Below, piece after piece: positions 29,088 to 39,921 of a stretch of DNA of 64,000 bases. Both the position numbers and the translations under genes were made by a program. Below the pieces are notes generated by a model. That model saw only the letters and a list, made by a program, of their open reading frames with translations. It did not search any database and was not told the DNA's origin. Source of the DNA: Candidatus Hermodarchaeota archaeon (GTDB lineage Archaea; Asgardarchaeota; Lokiarchaeia; Sigyniarchaeales; SOKP01). The DNA lies in contig JBHLLO010000007.1 in the NCBI GenBank assembly GCA_048885535.1, positions 13,665 to 77,664 of the forward strand, written 5' to 3'. Positions within the stretch are counted from its first letter, which is position 1. Each line of letters opens with the position of its first letter.

Positions 29088-30719
29088 TTATAATATTAAA
29101 TTGAGTTTCTCTCTTATATTATTCTCAATCTGACTATCTATAACGGCTTTCCCCCTTAAAATTGAAATACCCTGTTGAATTTTTTTAGTGAAACTTTTAT
29201 CCTTAGCTAGATTCTTATTCTCACATGAAAATTCGAAGTTAGATCTTAAGGCCATGTCTTTTTCAATCTTTTCAGAAACAAAAATGTTCAAGTTTTTCAT
29301 TGCGTCTGATATCTCTGCGTAGAGATCTAGAACATCAGCTCTAACATTGCCAGGGAAAATTAACTTTATGTTTTCTTCATTTGTGTTCTCATTTTCAATG
29401 ACTATTCCATATAAAGGCATGTAAACCCATTGAATTGGCCTAGAAAATAACTCTGCTTGAGCATCGTTTAAAGACCATGCAATTAAGTCTTTAGCTTCTT
29501 GTAAGCAAGTTCCTTGCTTTTTCTGAATGATAGCCTTCAATTCTAAGAACAATTTTTCTATATTATCTTTTAAGCTTAGGATTTCAGAGATTTTTTCTTC
29601 TTTTTCTTTCTCAAAAACAGATAGATGTTCATCTCTATCCCTTAATTTTATTTTTAATTCTTCTGAAAATCTTTCTAGCTTCTTCTTAGCTTGTTCGTTT
29701 ACTTGATATGCACGTTCCTTGAATTCCATATATTTAGCAGTAAGAGAATTAACGACCTCTAAAAATTTATTTCCTTCATTTAGTAAAAAACTAAAGTGAT
29801 TTTCAAAATCTTCTGTAATATCCTCAAAAATTCTGCTTTTTAAGGATTCTGTGTTAGTAAAAAATTTATTCTTTTTAAGGATTTCTTCTAATTGTCTCTC
29901 AACTGTTTTAAATAAGACCGAGATGTTTTCAATAACAACCTTTTTCTCATTTACCTTCCATTGATCAATTTTATCACTTTCCAATGCTATTTGTTCTTTA
30001 ATCTGATCAGAATCGATAGTTTGAGACGTTTTAGTTATCTGCGAGCTATATCTAGTTTCGAGATCTTTCAGTTTAACGTTTAAATTCACTAGCCATTTTT
30101 CAACTTCCTTTTCAATAAGTTCAATTTGAGCATTCCATCTATACGCATTACCCTTCATATAATCAATTATATTTCTATACTTGTCTGCAACCTTCAGTGC
30201 TTCTTCAGTGGTTAATCCATAATCTAATGGCATAAAAGGTGAAACTGGTTTATACTCTACTAGGTTAATTAGTTGTACTAATGATTGTAGAAAATTTGGA
30301 TTAATCAACCCATCTATTTGAATTCTTTGGAATTCTGATTCCTCTCCTTCACCAATCTCTTCTGCTTCCACATCTTTATACAATAAAATTTCTTTTACTT
30401 TATTTAATTGTTCAATCTCAGTTCTATTATCAATATTTCTTAGAATATGTCCAATTAGTGGTTGTCGAGGTGGATTAGATAATTTATCTTTTTTATTAAA
30501 CACATTAAGTCCATCTAAAATTATATGGGTACCAATTACTCCTTGAATGCACAAAAATGGCCATAATAGTCTTGAAAAAGATATTATTTTCTCATCAGGC
30601 TGTAAATCTCTTGATAAGAGATAAAAAGCTAAAGCTAATTCATCATTCTCTTTAATTGGAGCAATTGTTGGAGGTGTATTAAATAATGGTAATATATATT
30701 GATTTCCATGAATTGACAT
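29088..30719 (-). CDS. Hypothetical protein with long central coiled coil
   Basis: 543-aa ORF with an E/K/L-rich heptad region (about aa 170-415) between globular ends. Confidence 0.7.
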   Translation of the reverse strand: MSIHGNQYILPLFNTPPTIAPIKENDELALAFYLLSRDLQPDEKIISFSRLLWPFLCIQGVIGTHIILDGLNVFNKKDKLSNPPRQPLIGHILRNIDNRTEIEQLNKVKEILLYKDVEAEEIGEGEESEFQRIQIDGLINPNFLQSLVQLINLVEYKPVSPFMPLDYGLTTEEALKVADKYRNIIDYMKGNAYRWNAQIELIEKEVEKWLVNLNVKLKDLETRYSSQITKTSQTIDSDQIKEQIALESDKIDQWKVNEKKVVIENISVLFKTVERQLEEILKKNKFFTNTESLKSRIFEDITEDFENHFSFLLNEGNKFLEVVNSLTAKYMEFKERAYQVNEQAKKKLERFSEELKIKLRDRDEHLSVFEKEKEEKISEILSLKDNIEKLFLELKAIIQKKQGTCLQEAKDLIAWSLNDAQAELFSRPIQWVYMPLYGIVIENENTNEENIKLIFPGNVRADVLDLYAEISDAMKNLNIFVSEKIEKDMALRSNFEFSCENKNLAKDKSFTKKIQQGISILRGKAVIDSQIENNIREKLNLIL

Positions 30720-30824
30720 GAAACAGACCTCTTGATTTTAAAATGTTTAATAATAGGGGGTTAAAAATACCTAATTAATTATTCCTAAAAATTTTATTTC
30801 TTTAGAATAAATTACATTAGAAAT

Positions 30825-31682
30825 TTATCTTAATTGTTCATAATTATTTGCTATGACAATAATTAGCAATGAGAGTAATATTAACAGAGGGGGTAGAATA
30901 GCTCTCACATGATACCACTCAAACGTGTCAAGAACTCCTTGAAGAATTCGACCGATAAAGTAAATTAGAAATCCAATAGCATTTAAGGCATAAGATCTCC
31001 GTAGAACCCCAAAAGTCCTGATCGCCAGATTTATAAATAAAAATGGAATGATTGCTACAAATAAGGGTAATAAAATAAAATTCAATACAGCTCTCCCTGC
31101 CGGATATCCAAAAACGGTAACTAAACTATTAGGATCAACTCCATATCTATCTACAAAATCAGGATCCATAAAAAGTGAATCTGGTAAGGTCAAAGCAAGT
31201 ATACCTATAACAATTGGGATTAATATTAATAATATTTTAAAAAACATTCTTGCTTTTGTATTTCTTACAAATTTCTTAAATTTAGTTTCACTTTTGATGC
31301 CAGATACTTCTGTTTCTGTTATCGGAGGAAAAATTAAAATTCCAAATACTCCCATTAAACTTGCAATTCCTAACCATGTTGAAAATGTTGCCAAACGATA
31401 TTCTAACATTAAAGTATTTACAAGCTCAGTATTAGAGATAACACCTTCCAGTTCAGGAGCATAAAAATAATAAATTATAAAAAAAACGCGTCCACCTGCC
31501 AAACATAAAAATAATATTGAAAAATATAACCAAAAGTATTTCTTTGAAGTTCTAAACCTCATTAATAAAAAGTATGCAAAAATTAGAAAATAGTATCCTA
31601 CGATCACATAATATAATCCTGATTCAATTGCATCCCAAATATCAAAAAATTGAAAATAATCTTGAAATATCATAATTATCAA
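30825..31682 (-). CDS. Multi-pass (about 7 TM) membrane protein
   Basis: About seven hydrophobic helices; no soluble domain. Confidence 0.7.
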   Translation of the reverse strand: MIIMIFQDYFQFFDIWDAIESGLYYVIVGYYFLIFAYFLLMRFRTSKKYFWLYFSILFLCLAGGRVFFIIYYFYAPELEGVISNTELVNTLMLEYRLATFSTWLGIASLMGVFGILIFPPITETEVSGIKSETKFKKFVRNTKARMFFKILLILIPIVIGILALTLPDSLFMDPDFVDRYGVDPNSLVTVFGYPAGRAVLNFILLPLFVAIIPFLFINLAIRTFGVLRRSYALNAIGFLIYFIGRILQGVLDTFEWYHVRAILPPLLILLSLLIIVIANNYEQLR

Positions 31683-31851
31683 TTTATTATTGTATAGTAA
31701 TAATTATTTTGTAATTTCATCTTAAATTATATTAATACTATCTTTTAGTTATATAAAAATTTATATTATTAGAATAGATATCTTGAATTCTTAAAATACA
31801 AATATAATTAAAAATTTCTAAAATCAATAATAGAAGAGAATAGAGAAAAAA

Positions 31852-33333
31852 ATGAAAATAAATGATAATATAGAAACTTTTAACTCATTATTGAAACGTC
31901 GAGGGTTCATCTGGGGACCAAGTCCTGAAATTTATGGTGGTTTAGCTGGTTTTTACTCATATGGTCCAGCAGGAATGGAATTAAAAAACAATATCTTATC
32001 AATATTTAGAAGAGAATTGAGATATTTTGGATTTGGAGAGGTTGAATGCCCCACCATAATGCCCGAAATCGTATGGAGTGCTTCAGGTCATCTAGACCGT
32101 TTTATCGATCCTGTGATAAAATGTGAAGATTGTAACTCTCTTTATAGGGTAGATAAACTACTAGAGGAAAGCTTTCCTGATATAAAGATTGACGGCTTAT
32201 CTTTCGAAGAAATGGAAGATTTAATCAAAAAAAATAAAGTCTCATGCCCAAAATGTGGTAAAGCTTTCCAAAAAATTGAAAAATATAATTTAATGCTTAA
32301 AACAGTAATTGGAAATGATACTATTGCATATTTAAGACCCGAAACAGCAACGACAACTTATCTACTTTTTAATAGATTAGATCAAGACGCTAGAAGGCAA
32401 TATCCAATAAAGATTTATCAATTTGGTAAAGCTTATAGAAATGAAATCTCTCCAAGACAATTAATACTAAGAATGAGAGCATTTGATCAACTTGAACTTC
32501 AATTATTTATAGGTAAAAAACAAGAAATGGATTTTGAAGATTATTATGAGGTTAAAGATCAAAAATTACCACTATTAGATTGGAGAATTCAAGAAAAAAA
32601 GATAGAAAGGCCTAATTTTATTCCTCTAGAAAAGGCAATCAAAGAGGGGATAATTAAGAAGCAAGCCTTTGCATATTGTCTTTATTTAGGTTATTATTTA
32701 ACAAAGAAAATTGGCATCCCCGATAATTCAATAAGATATAGACAACACTCTCCTCAAGAGAGATCCCACTATGCAGATGATGCTTGGGACTTAGAAATAG
32801 CAACCAATCAATTTGGGTGGATTGAAATCTGTGGAGTACACGATAGAACTGATTACGATTTAAAAAGACATGGGGAATATTCAAAGCAAGATTTCAAGAT
32901 AAGTATGGGAACTGATACAAATTTAAGAGAAATTCCACAAATCCTCGAGATTGCGTTTGGAATCGATAGAATCATGTATACTTTGCTGGAAAATGCTTTC
33001 AATGTAGAAGAAGGCAGAATTAATCTAAAATTAGAAAAGGAGTTGGCACCCAATACTATAGCTGTTTTTCCATTAGTAAAAAATAAGAAAAAAATTAGGA
33101 ACTTAGCATTAAAAATTCATCGATATTTACTTGAACATCGTATTAAATCTTTCTATGATGAGGCAGGTTCTATTGGAAAGCGATATCGTAGACAAGATGA
33201 ATTAGGAACTCCGTACTGCATAACTATAGATTATCAGTCCCTTGAAAATAACACTGTCACTATTCGAAATAGAGATTCTATGGATCAATTTAGAGTTAAA
33301 ACTTCTGAGATTCTAAATACTGTGAATAAATAA
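31852..33333 (+). CDS. glyS: Glycine--tRNA ligase (archaeal/eukaryotic alpha2 type)
   Basis: RRGF..P..EIYGG, ASGH...F.DP, YLRPETA, GKAYRNEISPR, SHYA, anticodon domain SIGKRYRRQDELGTP. Confidence 0.96.
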   Translation: MKINDNIETFNSLLKRRGFIWGPSPEIYGGLAGFYSYGPAGMELKNNILSIFRRELRYFGFGEVECPTIMPEIVWSASGHLDRFIDPVIKCEDCNSLYRVDKLLEESFPDIKIDGLSFEEMEDLIKKNKVSCPKCGKAFQKIEKYNLMLKTVIGNDTIAYLRPETATTTYLLFNRLDQDARRQYPIKIYQFGKAYRNEISPRQLILRMRAFDQLELQLFIGKKQEMDFEDYYEVKDQKLPLLDWRIQEKKIERPNFIPLEKAIKEGIIKKQAFAYCLYLGYYLTKKIGIPDNSIRYRQHSPQERSHYADDAWDLEIATNQFGWIEICGVHDRTDYDLKRHGEYSKQDFKISMGTDTNLREIPQILEIAFGIDRIMYTLLENAFNVEEGRINLKLEKELAPNTIAVFPLVKNKKKIRNLALKIHRYLLEHRIKSFYDEAGSIGKRYRRQDELGTPYCITIDYQSLENNTVTIRNRDSMDQFRVKTSEILNTVNK

Positions 33334-33463
33334 TAGATTGAAATTAAAGTTAAAATATCTCAAAAAAAAAGAGATTTTCAGAAAAAAATTTTAAAGAGAA
33401 GAAAATTTTTTAAAAAAATATAGCTTTAATTTATAAAAATTTAAAATCTAAATAATTATCAAT

Positions 33464-36226
33464 ATGAATCTCACTAACACTTCTACTTTTTGGAAAAAAC
33501 ATAGAAGAACTGCGGGAAAAAAGAAACAATTCATGATTTTGCTTATGATTTTCACCATAATGATAAGTACTTTATTTTTTCTCAAGGATTTCTCTCGATC
33601 TGATGGTAATCTAACCATTCTAGAAAATGAAATTGATAATAGAGAGATTACTTCTCCAAATTCAGCAGATATTGGTTATCTATTTCAAGATCCTTTTAAA
33701 CAAAATTTTGAGGAGATTTGGCAATTTTTTAGGAGTAATTATGTATCCGATTTAGAATTAGATATTGATACTTATTATAGAGAAGGTAATAACGTGGGTA
33801 CAATACTCGATGATAAGGTGTATCCCATCGATAATTTATTACTCTATAAATCTTTATTGAAAGAAGATATTACTCCAACAGAAACATACAATAACTATTT
33901 AAAATTGAAAGAATCTCCTTTATGGTTTGAAGGAAATGTTAATCAGTATAAATATGGGTTTGTTAAATCAGTTGATAATAGCACAAAAGAAGTATTTGAT
34001 GATAATAGATATTTAGTTGATAATTTAATGCCCATTTTTCTATTGATTGAGAATATAGGCGCAGAAATAGACAATATTAATGTTGGAGGAACATATCCGA
34101 AAGATTCCATCGAAGAAGCATTTTTCCTTTTAAATTCTTCGGAATTCTGGGATTATACAAATGAAGGATTTTATCACCATAACTCAACGACAGACAAATA
34201 TACAGAAAGTAATTTATATGCAATTTTAGCAAATTTGGAGCTTAATAAATTATATAAAAAGCTGAATATTGCGCCGACAATTAGAAATAGAGCTTTTGAG
34301 TTAGCAGAAACAACAATGAATAGACTTCTATTAGAAGTATGGGATCAAGTAAATGGTGGATTTGAATATTATGCCTTAAACAATTGGAATACAGGGAGTA
34401 ATTACAAATATTTACATGTTAATGCTTTAGGAATAATAACATTAATCGAATTTTGGAAGGAAACAGGTATGGAAAATGATACATATCTTCAATTAGCTGA
34501 ATACCTTTTTAATAAATTAGAAGTAATGTGGGATACAGGATTTAACGGATATGAATATAATCGCGATGGAGTATGGGATATCTCTGGAGCTAATCCTGTT
34601 ATAGAATTAGAGGCAAATTCAATTATGTTAACTGCATGCTTGAAATTATTCGAAACTACTGGAAATATCACATATTATAATCGAGCTTGGCAATTACACG
34701 AAACTTTTGAAAACGACTTTTATGATGGAGGAGTAAATGCATATAGATTGTCAATAGATTCTCCCATTAATAATAATAAGAATTTTTATGCTAACTTAAG
34801 ATTAAGTGAAGCATACTTGTATGCCTTTGAAATCTATAATAGCACAATTATTAATGCTGAGTACAATGTGTCAGAAACGATTCCAGATTATATATTTAAC
34901 CAAGAGAGTATGAACATAACTAGTAGTTATGCATTTGAAAAAGAAGTTGAATATTTTAATAATACAGAAGGAACATACGAGACATATAAAAGTATTTACA
35001 ACATTGATACTGCTGATATTTCTTATTTATTTAAATTTCCAAACGGTACTCTTCTAGAAAAGAGAGAACGTCAAATATTAGGTGATTCAATTACGTTGAT
35101 ATATAATATAAATGATTCAATGCCCATTGGAAATGGTTACTATCTCCATATCTATGCAAATTCTTCAGTTTTCGCAACTGCTATTACTTTAAAACGTTAT
35201 AATATTATTTCTGGATTAGTAAATATTAGGATTTTAGGCTTACCTAGTACTCTTTACCAAGGACCTACATTAAATGTAACTCTTCAAATAAATAATACAC
35301 GAAAAGATGATGTGACCTTAAATACATCTATGGAGGGATACGATATCTTTAATGAAACAAAGATGGTCTATTTCCCATCTATGGTCATAACTAATATTTC
35401 CTTTAACTTAAGAACAGTACTAGACGCAAATTTAGGACCTAATTCAATAATTTTTCAATTGCAAAAAAATAACGTGCTCTATTTAGAAATTATTCGATCT
35501 ATTAATATTGGATATTCTTTTGATTATTCTAATTTCTTTTATGAAAGCAGCTCTATAAGTGGAGGGAGTATTGATCTCTCTATAACTCTTATAAACTTTT
35601 TACCAAATAGCTCTCAGTATGTTAATATCAGTTTTTCTGGAGACTATCTTACTCAAGAATTAGTAGATGAAATCGGTTTATTGAAAAGCGAGATTAGAAC
35701 TTTATATTATACGCTTAATTTAGCAGAAAATATCACACTCAATACAATAGATGTAGAAATGAATATCAAGAAAGGAGATACAATTTTTTATTCAGAACTA
35801 TTTACCATTCACATTATCAAAAAGTATGAAATTTTAAGCGTTACTTTTCCTGATATAATACCTCAAGGAGAATATGCTTATTTTATCATGGTTATTCGAA
35901 ATAATCAAGAAATTTCTGAATTATTTTCCTTGTATGCTAATGGTGAGAGAATAATAGCTAATATCAATGGATTAAGTCCTGGCGAAAATAGAATTATTGC
36001 TAGAATATTACCCACCATAAATCCCTATGATTTTGAAACAAAATCTTACACTTTTGCCCTAAGAGATAGTTCAAATGAAATAATTGCTCAATATTTTTTC
36101 CAGGTAAAAGTTGAATTAACAGCATTCAATTTTGTTGTTTTTTATTTATTACCTATAATTATTCCGATTAGTATTGTTTTATTCTATAAAAGTAAAGAAA
36201 TAAAACACAAATTGCTAAGGAGATGA
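33464..36226 (+). CDS. Large membrane-anchored surface protein: (alpha/alpha)6-barrel-like domain plus Ig-like domains
   Basis: N-terminal TM/signal, repeated WD...GGF/Y..K...N helical units, beta-rich C-half, C-terminal TM plus basic tail, many N-x-S/T sequons. Confidence 0.65.
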   Translation: MNLTNTSTFWKKHRRTAGKKKQFMILLMIFTIMISTLFFLKDFSRSDGNLTILENEIDNREITSPNSADIGYLFQDPFKQNFEEIWQFFRSNYVSDLELDIDTYYREGNNVGTILDDKVYPIDNLLLYKSLLKEDITPTETYNNYLKLKESPLWFEGNVNQYKYGFVKSVDNSTKEVFDDNRYLVDNLMPIFLLIENIGAEIDNINVGGTYPKDSIEEAFFLLNSSEFWDYTNEGFYHHNSTTDKYTESNLYAILANLELNKLYKKLNIAPTIRNRAFELAETTMNRLLLEVWDQVNGGFEYYALNNWNTGSNYKYLHVNALGIITLIEFWKETGMENDTYLQLAEYLFNKLEVMWDTGFNGYEYNRDGVWDISGANPVIELEANSIMLTACLKLFETTGNITYYNRAWQLHETFENDFYDGGVNAYRLSIDSPINNNKNFYANLRLSEAYLYAFEIYNSTIINAEYNVSETIPDYIFNQESMNITSSYAFEKEVEYFNNTEGTYETYKSIYNIDTADISYLFKFPNGTLLEKRERQILGDSITLIYNINDSMPIGNGYYLHIYANSSVFATAITLKRYNIISGLVNIRILGLPSTLYQGPTLNVTLQINNTRKDDVTLNTSMEGYDIFNETKMVYFPSMVITNISFNLRTVLDANLGPNSIIFQLQKNNVLYLEIIRSINIGYSFDYSNFFYESSSISGGSIDLSITLINFLPNSSQYVNISFSGDYLTQELVDEIGLLKSEIRTLYYTLNLAENITLNTIDVEMNIKKGDTIFYSELFTIHIIKKYEILSVTFPDIIPQGEYAYFIMVIRNNQEISELFSLYANGERIIANINGLSPGENRIIARILPTINPYDFETKSYTFALRDSSNEIIAQYFFQVKVELTAFNFVVFYLLPIIIPISIVLFYKSKEIKHKLLRR

Positions 36227-37926
36227 CCAAATTAATGGTAAAATGCAAAAAATTAATAGTATCTATGTTTGTTCTTTTAATATTTATATCGATAGTCTTC
36301 AACCTTACGATATATCATCAAAAATCTTTAATAAGTCATTCTAGAATCTCAAATGATGAAAGTTTGATAAATTTACGACCTGCTCAAAATAATCATAAAG
36401 CAGTAAATTATTCAGCAATATCTCGGAATGTTTCAGCAATATATCGTCTATTTGAGTCTGTTGAACTAACTGTTAATATATCAGGGTTTACCAATGTAGA
36501 TTATACAATAATGCAAATAGATTTCTCTAATAATACAGTTAGAAATTATAATATGACTTTTATAGGTAATGATGAATATCAGTATGTTTATTCTCCTAAA
36601 TCATATGCGCCCTTAGGTTTTCAGAATGTTAGCTTTTTAATCTATAATACATCGGATCAAGTGATAAATGCTCATACCACATACACAAATTTTACTATAT
36701 ATACGAACTATTTAGCATCTCTTTATAGTTTTGAATATAGTAGAGGTGATATCGTTTATGCTGAATTTATTGTGAATGATTATGATGTATATAATTTCAA
36801 TTGGAATGTAACTGTTGTTGATAGTATATCTGAAACAAACCAGAATAATTTAATTAACCTGGGAAATAACATTCAGCAAGCATCATTTTTATTAGATGAT
36901 CGATTACCTCAACCTGATAAAATTTATTATATTAAACTCAATATGACAGATAATTCTCCATTTATAAGAAAAGCAGCATATGTTCCATTTAAAGTCTTAA
37001 ATTCAGTTCCACAAATAGTCATATCTTCGATTAATTTTTCAAAGACAGAATTTAAAAGAACTGAAGAATGTCAGATCTCTTTAAATGTATCTGATCTCGA
37101 TCCAAATGCGAAAGCAGGGCGTACTAATGTTTCTTTAATATTAATAACTCCTACAGGACAACGAGAGAGTCCTATTATCTTAACAAATAATAAGGATTGG
37201 ACTTTTGATGAAACATTCTCCATAGCTGCTAACAAACCAATTGGAACATACCAAGCTATATTAGAAGCTAAAGATCAATACACTGGAAAAGGAAAATATA
37301 ATACTACTTTAAATATAATAAATAATCCTCCAAAAATTCATAATTTTTGGATAAATGGTAGATCTATTGAAGAGAGTATTGCAATAAATTATGGTCAAGA
37401 TATCAGTTTCACTTTTAACATTTCTGATGTAGAAGATACAATTGCCTATATAACTGTTGGACTATTAGATGAGAATAACAATTGGTACAATACATCAAAA
37501 ATGTATACTAACAATTTGGTGATTACATTGAGTTCGGTCAACTTAATTACGGGAGTGTGGTATGTTTATATATCTGTAACTGATGCTGACGGTGATACAA
37601 CTTATCTTACTTCTGACTACGGATTAGGCCCAAAAGAAATTAGAATTATTCCAGATACTTTAAGTCCAATACTACCGTGGATTACATTGAGTATAGGGGT
37701 AATTTTTGGAGTATTATTGGGAATTGCGTTCTCATATAAACGAATAAAGTCAAAATCCCTAGAAACTCCGAGTATAACTCCAAAGAAAAAAGATATTCCT
37801 CCAAAAAGGAAAAAAGTTAAAAAAACCGAAGAATTAATTAAAGAGGAGGAAATAGAGAAAGCCGAAATCGAAGAAGAACAAGAACGAAAACCTCCTCAAA
37901 GAAAAATTAAAAGAAAATTAAAATAA
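36223..37926 (+). CDS. Membrane-anchored Ig-like surface protein
   Basis: ATGA overlap with the upstream gene; signal/TM, N.PP.I-type Ig repeats, C-terminal TM and charged tail. Confidence 0.65.
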   Translation: MTKLMVKCKKLIVSMFVLLIFISIVFNLTIYHQKSLISHSRISNDESLINLRPAQNNHKAVNYSAISRNVSAIYRLFESVELTVNISGFTNVDYTIMQIDFSNNTVRNYNMTFIGNDEYQYVYSPKSYAPLGFQNVSFLIYNTSDQVINAHTTYTNFTIYTNYLASLYSFEYSRGDIVYAEFIVNDYDVYNFNWNVTVVDSISETNQNNLINLGNNIQQASFLLDDRLPQPDKIYYIKLNMTDNSPFIRKAAYVPFKVLNSVPQIVISSINFSKTEFKRTEECQISLNVSDLDPNAKAGRTNVSLILITPTGQRESPIILTNNKDWTFDETFSIAANKPIGTYQAILEAKDQYTGKGKYNTTLNIINNPPKIHNFWINGRSIEESIAINYGQDISFTFNISDVEDTIAYITVGLLDENNNWYNTSKMYTNNLVITLSSVNLITGVWYVYISVTDADGDTTYLTSDYGLGPKEIRIIPDTLSPILPWITLSIGVIFGVLLGIAFSYKRIKSKSLETPSITPKKKDIPPKRKKVKKTEELIKEEEIEKAEIEEEQERKPPQRKIKRKLK

Positions 37927-37963
37927 AAATAGAAATTTTTTCTTATAAATTAATAAGAAATTC

Positions 37964-38875
37964 TTATCCTAGTATATCATGCAAATGATAGTTAAACTTT
38001 CCTAGATTACCACCATAATTTCCTGCAGAAATTTTATTAACACCGGGAATCATTACAGCTGCATTTATTCCTAATTTCATTGCCTTTCTAATAGCATCTT
38101 CAGTGGCTCCATCCAAGATTACTTCATAAACACAATTATCATTTTCATCTAATTCTGAATTCTCACTTTTCCCTCTCAAAGTAGGACAGAGAGGATCATT
38201 TGTTGATGCTTTAAGAAAAGAATATTTAGAACCTACTTTTGAGCCAGATCTTGCAATACCTCCTGGAAAAGGTGTAATAACGTTCTCAACATCCTTTATT
38301 GCATCAATTGCAGCTTCAGCAGCTTTTAACCCTGCATCTTGATTCTGAGCAAGTATTAGAAAATTTCCTCCAGCAATACCTTTTCCAACCTTAAAATTAC
38401 TCTGAACTATAAATTCTCCGTCCATTACTGGAATTTTCCATACCTCAAATGGATAAAGACCTTCCCCTTGTTCTTCAAATTTGTCACCAAAAAATTTTAG
38501 CTTGTAGCCGGTTTTAATTTCAAATTCTTTATCTGGATCAACTGAACCTTTAATTGCATCAAAACAAGCTGTAGTCGGACATGTCAAAATACATTGTCCA
38601 ATCCTGTTCAGTAGTACATTATCCATCTGATCTTTTTTCGTTTTAAAGAACATTAAAATGACCCCTGGACGTTTATCAGGTGTTTCTTCTGCAGGAACAA
38701 AAACATCAATGCCAGCTTCAGAATCACAGTGAATAGTAGATGTTCCATACCCCGTTGCTACATTTGCGGCAATCTTTACCCATTTCTCATTTTTAGCAGT
38801 TACTAATATTCGTGTAAAAACCGAGGCAAAAGCCTCACAAAATGTATCTACAATCTCAATTCCATTTATTTGCAT
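37964..38875 (-). CDS. ftr: Formylmethanofuran--H4MPT N-formyltransferase
   Basis: INGIEIVDTFCEAF, TPDKRPG, RIGQCILTCPT, PFPGGIARSGSK, SAGNYGG.LG. Confidence 0.96.
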   Translation of the reverse strand: MQINGIEIVDTFCEAFASVFTRILVTAKNEKWVKIAANVATGYGTSTIHCDSEAGIDVFVPAEETPDKRPGVILMFFKTKKDQMDNVLLNRIGQCILTCPTTACFDAIKGSVDPDKEFEIKTGYKLKFFGDKFEEQGEGLYPFEVWKIPVMDGEFIVQSNFKVGKGIAGGNFLILAQNQDAGLKAAEAAIDAIKDVENVITPFPGGIARSGSKVGSKYSFLKASTNDPLCPTLRGKSENSELDENDNCVYEVILDGATEDAIRKAMKLGINAAVMIPGVNKISAGNYGGNLGKFNYHLHDILG

Positions 38876-39045
38876 TTTAAAAACAGCCTTTATTTTTTAA
38901 TAGATAGCATTTATAATTAGACATCGGTTTTATATAAAATTATAAAAGTTATGCATCAGAATTTAAAAAAATATTAAAAATAGTGGGAAATTGTAAGTTA
39001 AATAATAGCTTAAATAAATATTATATTTTAGAAATGTGAATTAAA

Positions 39046-39888
39046 ATGATTGAAGAAGGCAAAATACTAAATATCGGCATTCTTAAAAATGGAACAATTG
39101 GGGCTTCTGTTTTGCTTGCTTTTCTTCTGGATGAGCGTGCTGAGTCAACAAGGATAAATGTTCGCGAAGTCACGTCTGGAGCAAAAATGCATCCACCAGA
39201 AGAGTGTGTGGAAACAATGAAAAAATTATTAGACCTTAATCCAGAATTAATCTTAATGTCAAGTCCTAATGCTGCATTAAAGGGACCAAAAGCTGCTCGA
39301 GAATTAGCAGGGAATATCCCGACTATAATAATATCTGATGCCCCCGCAAAAAAAGCTATTGAAGACTTCAAGGAAAAGAATATGGGTTATATTATTGTAG
39401 GATGTGATTCCATGATTGGGGCGCGAAGACCCTTCTTGGATCCTGTTGAAATGAGTTGCTTTAATGCAGATCTATTAAAAGTTCTCGCTATTACTGGAGC
39501 TTTGAATGTGATTGTAAATGAAATTAATAAAGTAATAATAGATATGTTAGATGGGAGAACTCCTACATTACCTCAGATAGAAATTGATGCTAATATCGCT
39601 ACTGAAGCTGCTGGATTCACAAATCCTTATGCGAAAGCAAAAGTGATTGCTGCTTTTGAAATAGCTGCCTCAGTTTCCAAGATAACAGGAAAAGCTTGTT
39701 TTGTGTTAAAAGAAAGAGAAGATTATATGCCTTTATTAGCTGCTGCTCATGAAATGATGCGTACAGCAGCCATTATGTGTGATCAAGCAAGAGAGATTGA
39801 AAAATCAAATGACACAGTATTGCGAACACCACATCATGCTAAACAGCATATTTTGACGAAGAGAGCGCTTATGGAAAAAGAAGAATAA
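39046..39888 (+). CDS. mtd: F420-dependent methylene-H4MPT dehydrogenase
   Basis: LDERA, SGAKM.P, SPNAAL.GP, DSMIGARR.FLDP.EM..FN.D, NPYAKAK, AAHE, VLRTPH. Confidence 0.95.
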   Translation: MIEEGKILNIGILKNGTIGASVLLAFLLDERAESTRINVREVTSGAKMHPPEECVETMKKLLDLNPELILMSSPNAALKGPKAARELAGNIPTIIISDAPAKKAIEDFKEKNMGYIIVGCDSMIGARRPFLDPVEMSCFNADLLKVLAITGALNVIVNEINKVIIDMLDGRTPTLPQIEIDANIATEAAGFTNPYAKAKVIAAFEIAASVSKITGKACFVLKEREDYMPLLAAAHEMMRTAAIMCDQAREIEKSNDTVLRTPHHAKQHILTKRALMEKEE

Positions 39889-39921
39889 TAATTTTTTTAA
39901 ACATTTTTTTCATACTTTTTA

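Noticed and set aside
37780-37926. NLS-like basic stretches (PPKRKKVKK here, and PKKKKF at the GNAT N-terminus)
   Set aside because: Lys-rich tails are expected from the AT bias and the positive-inside rule after TM helices; there is no evidence of a targeting role.
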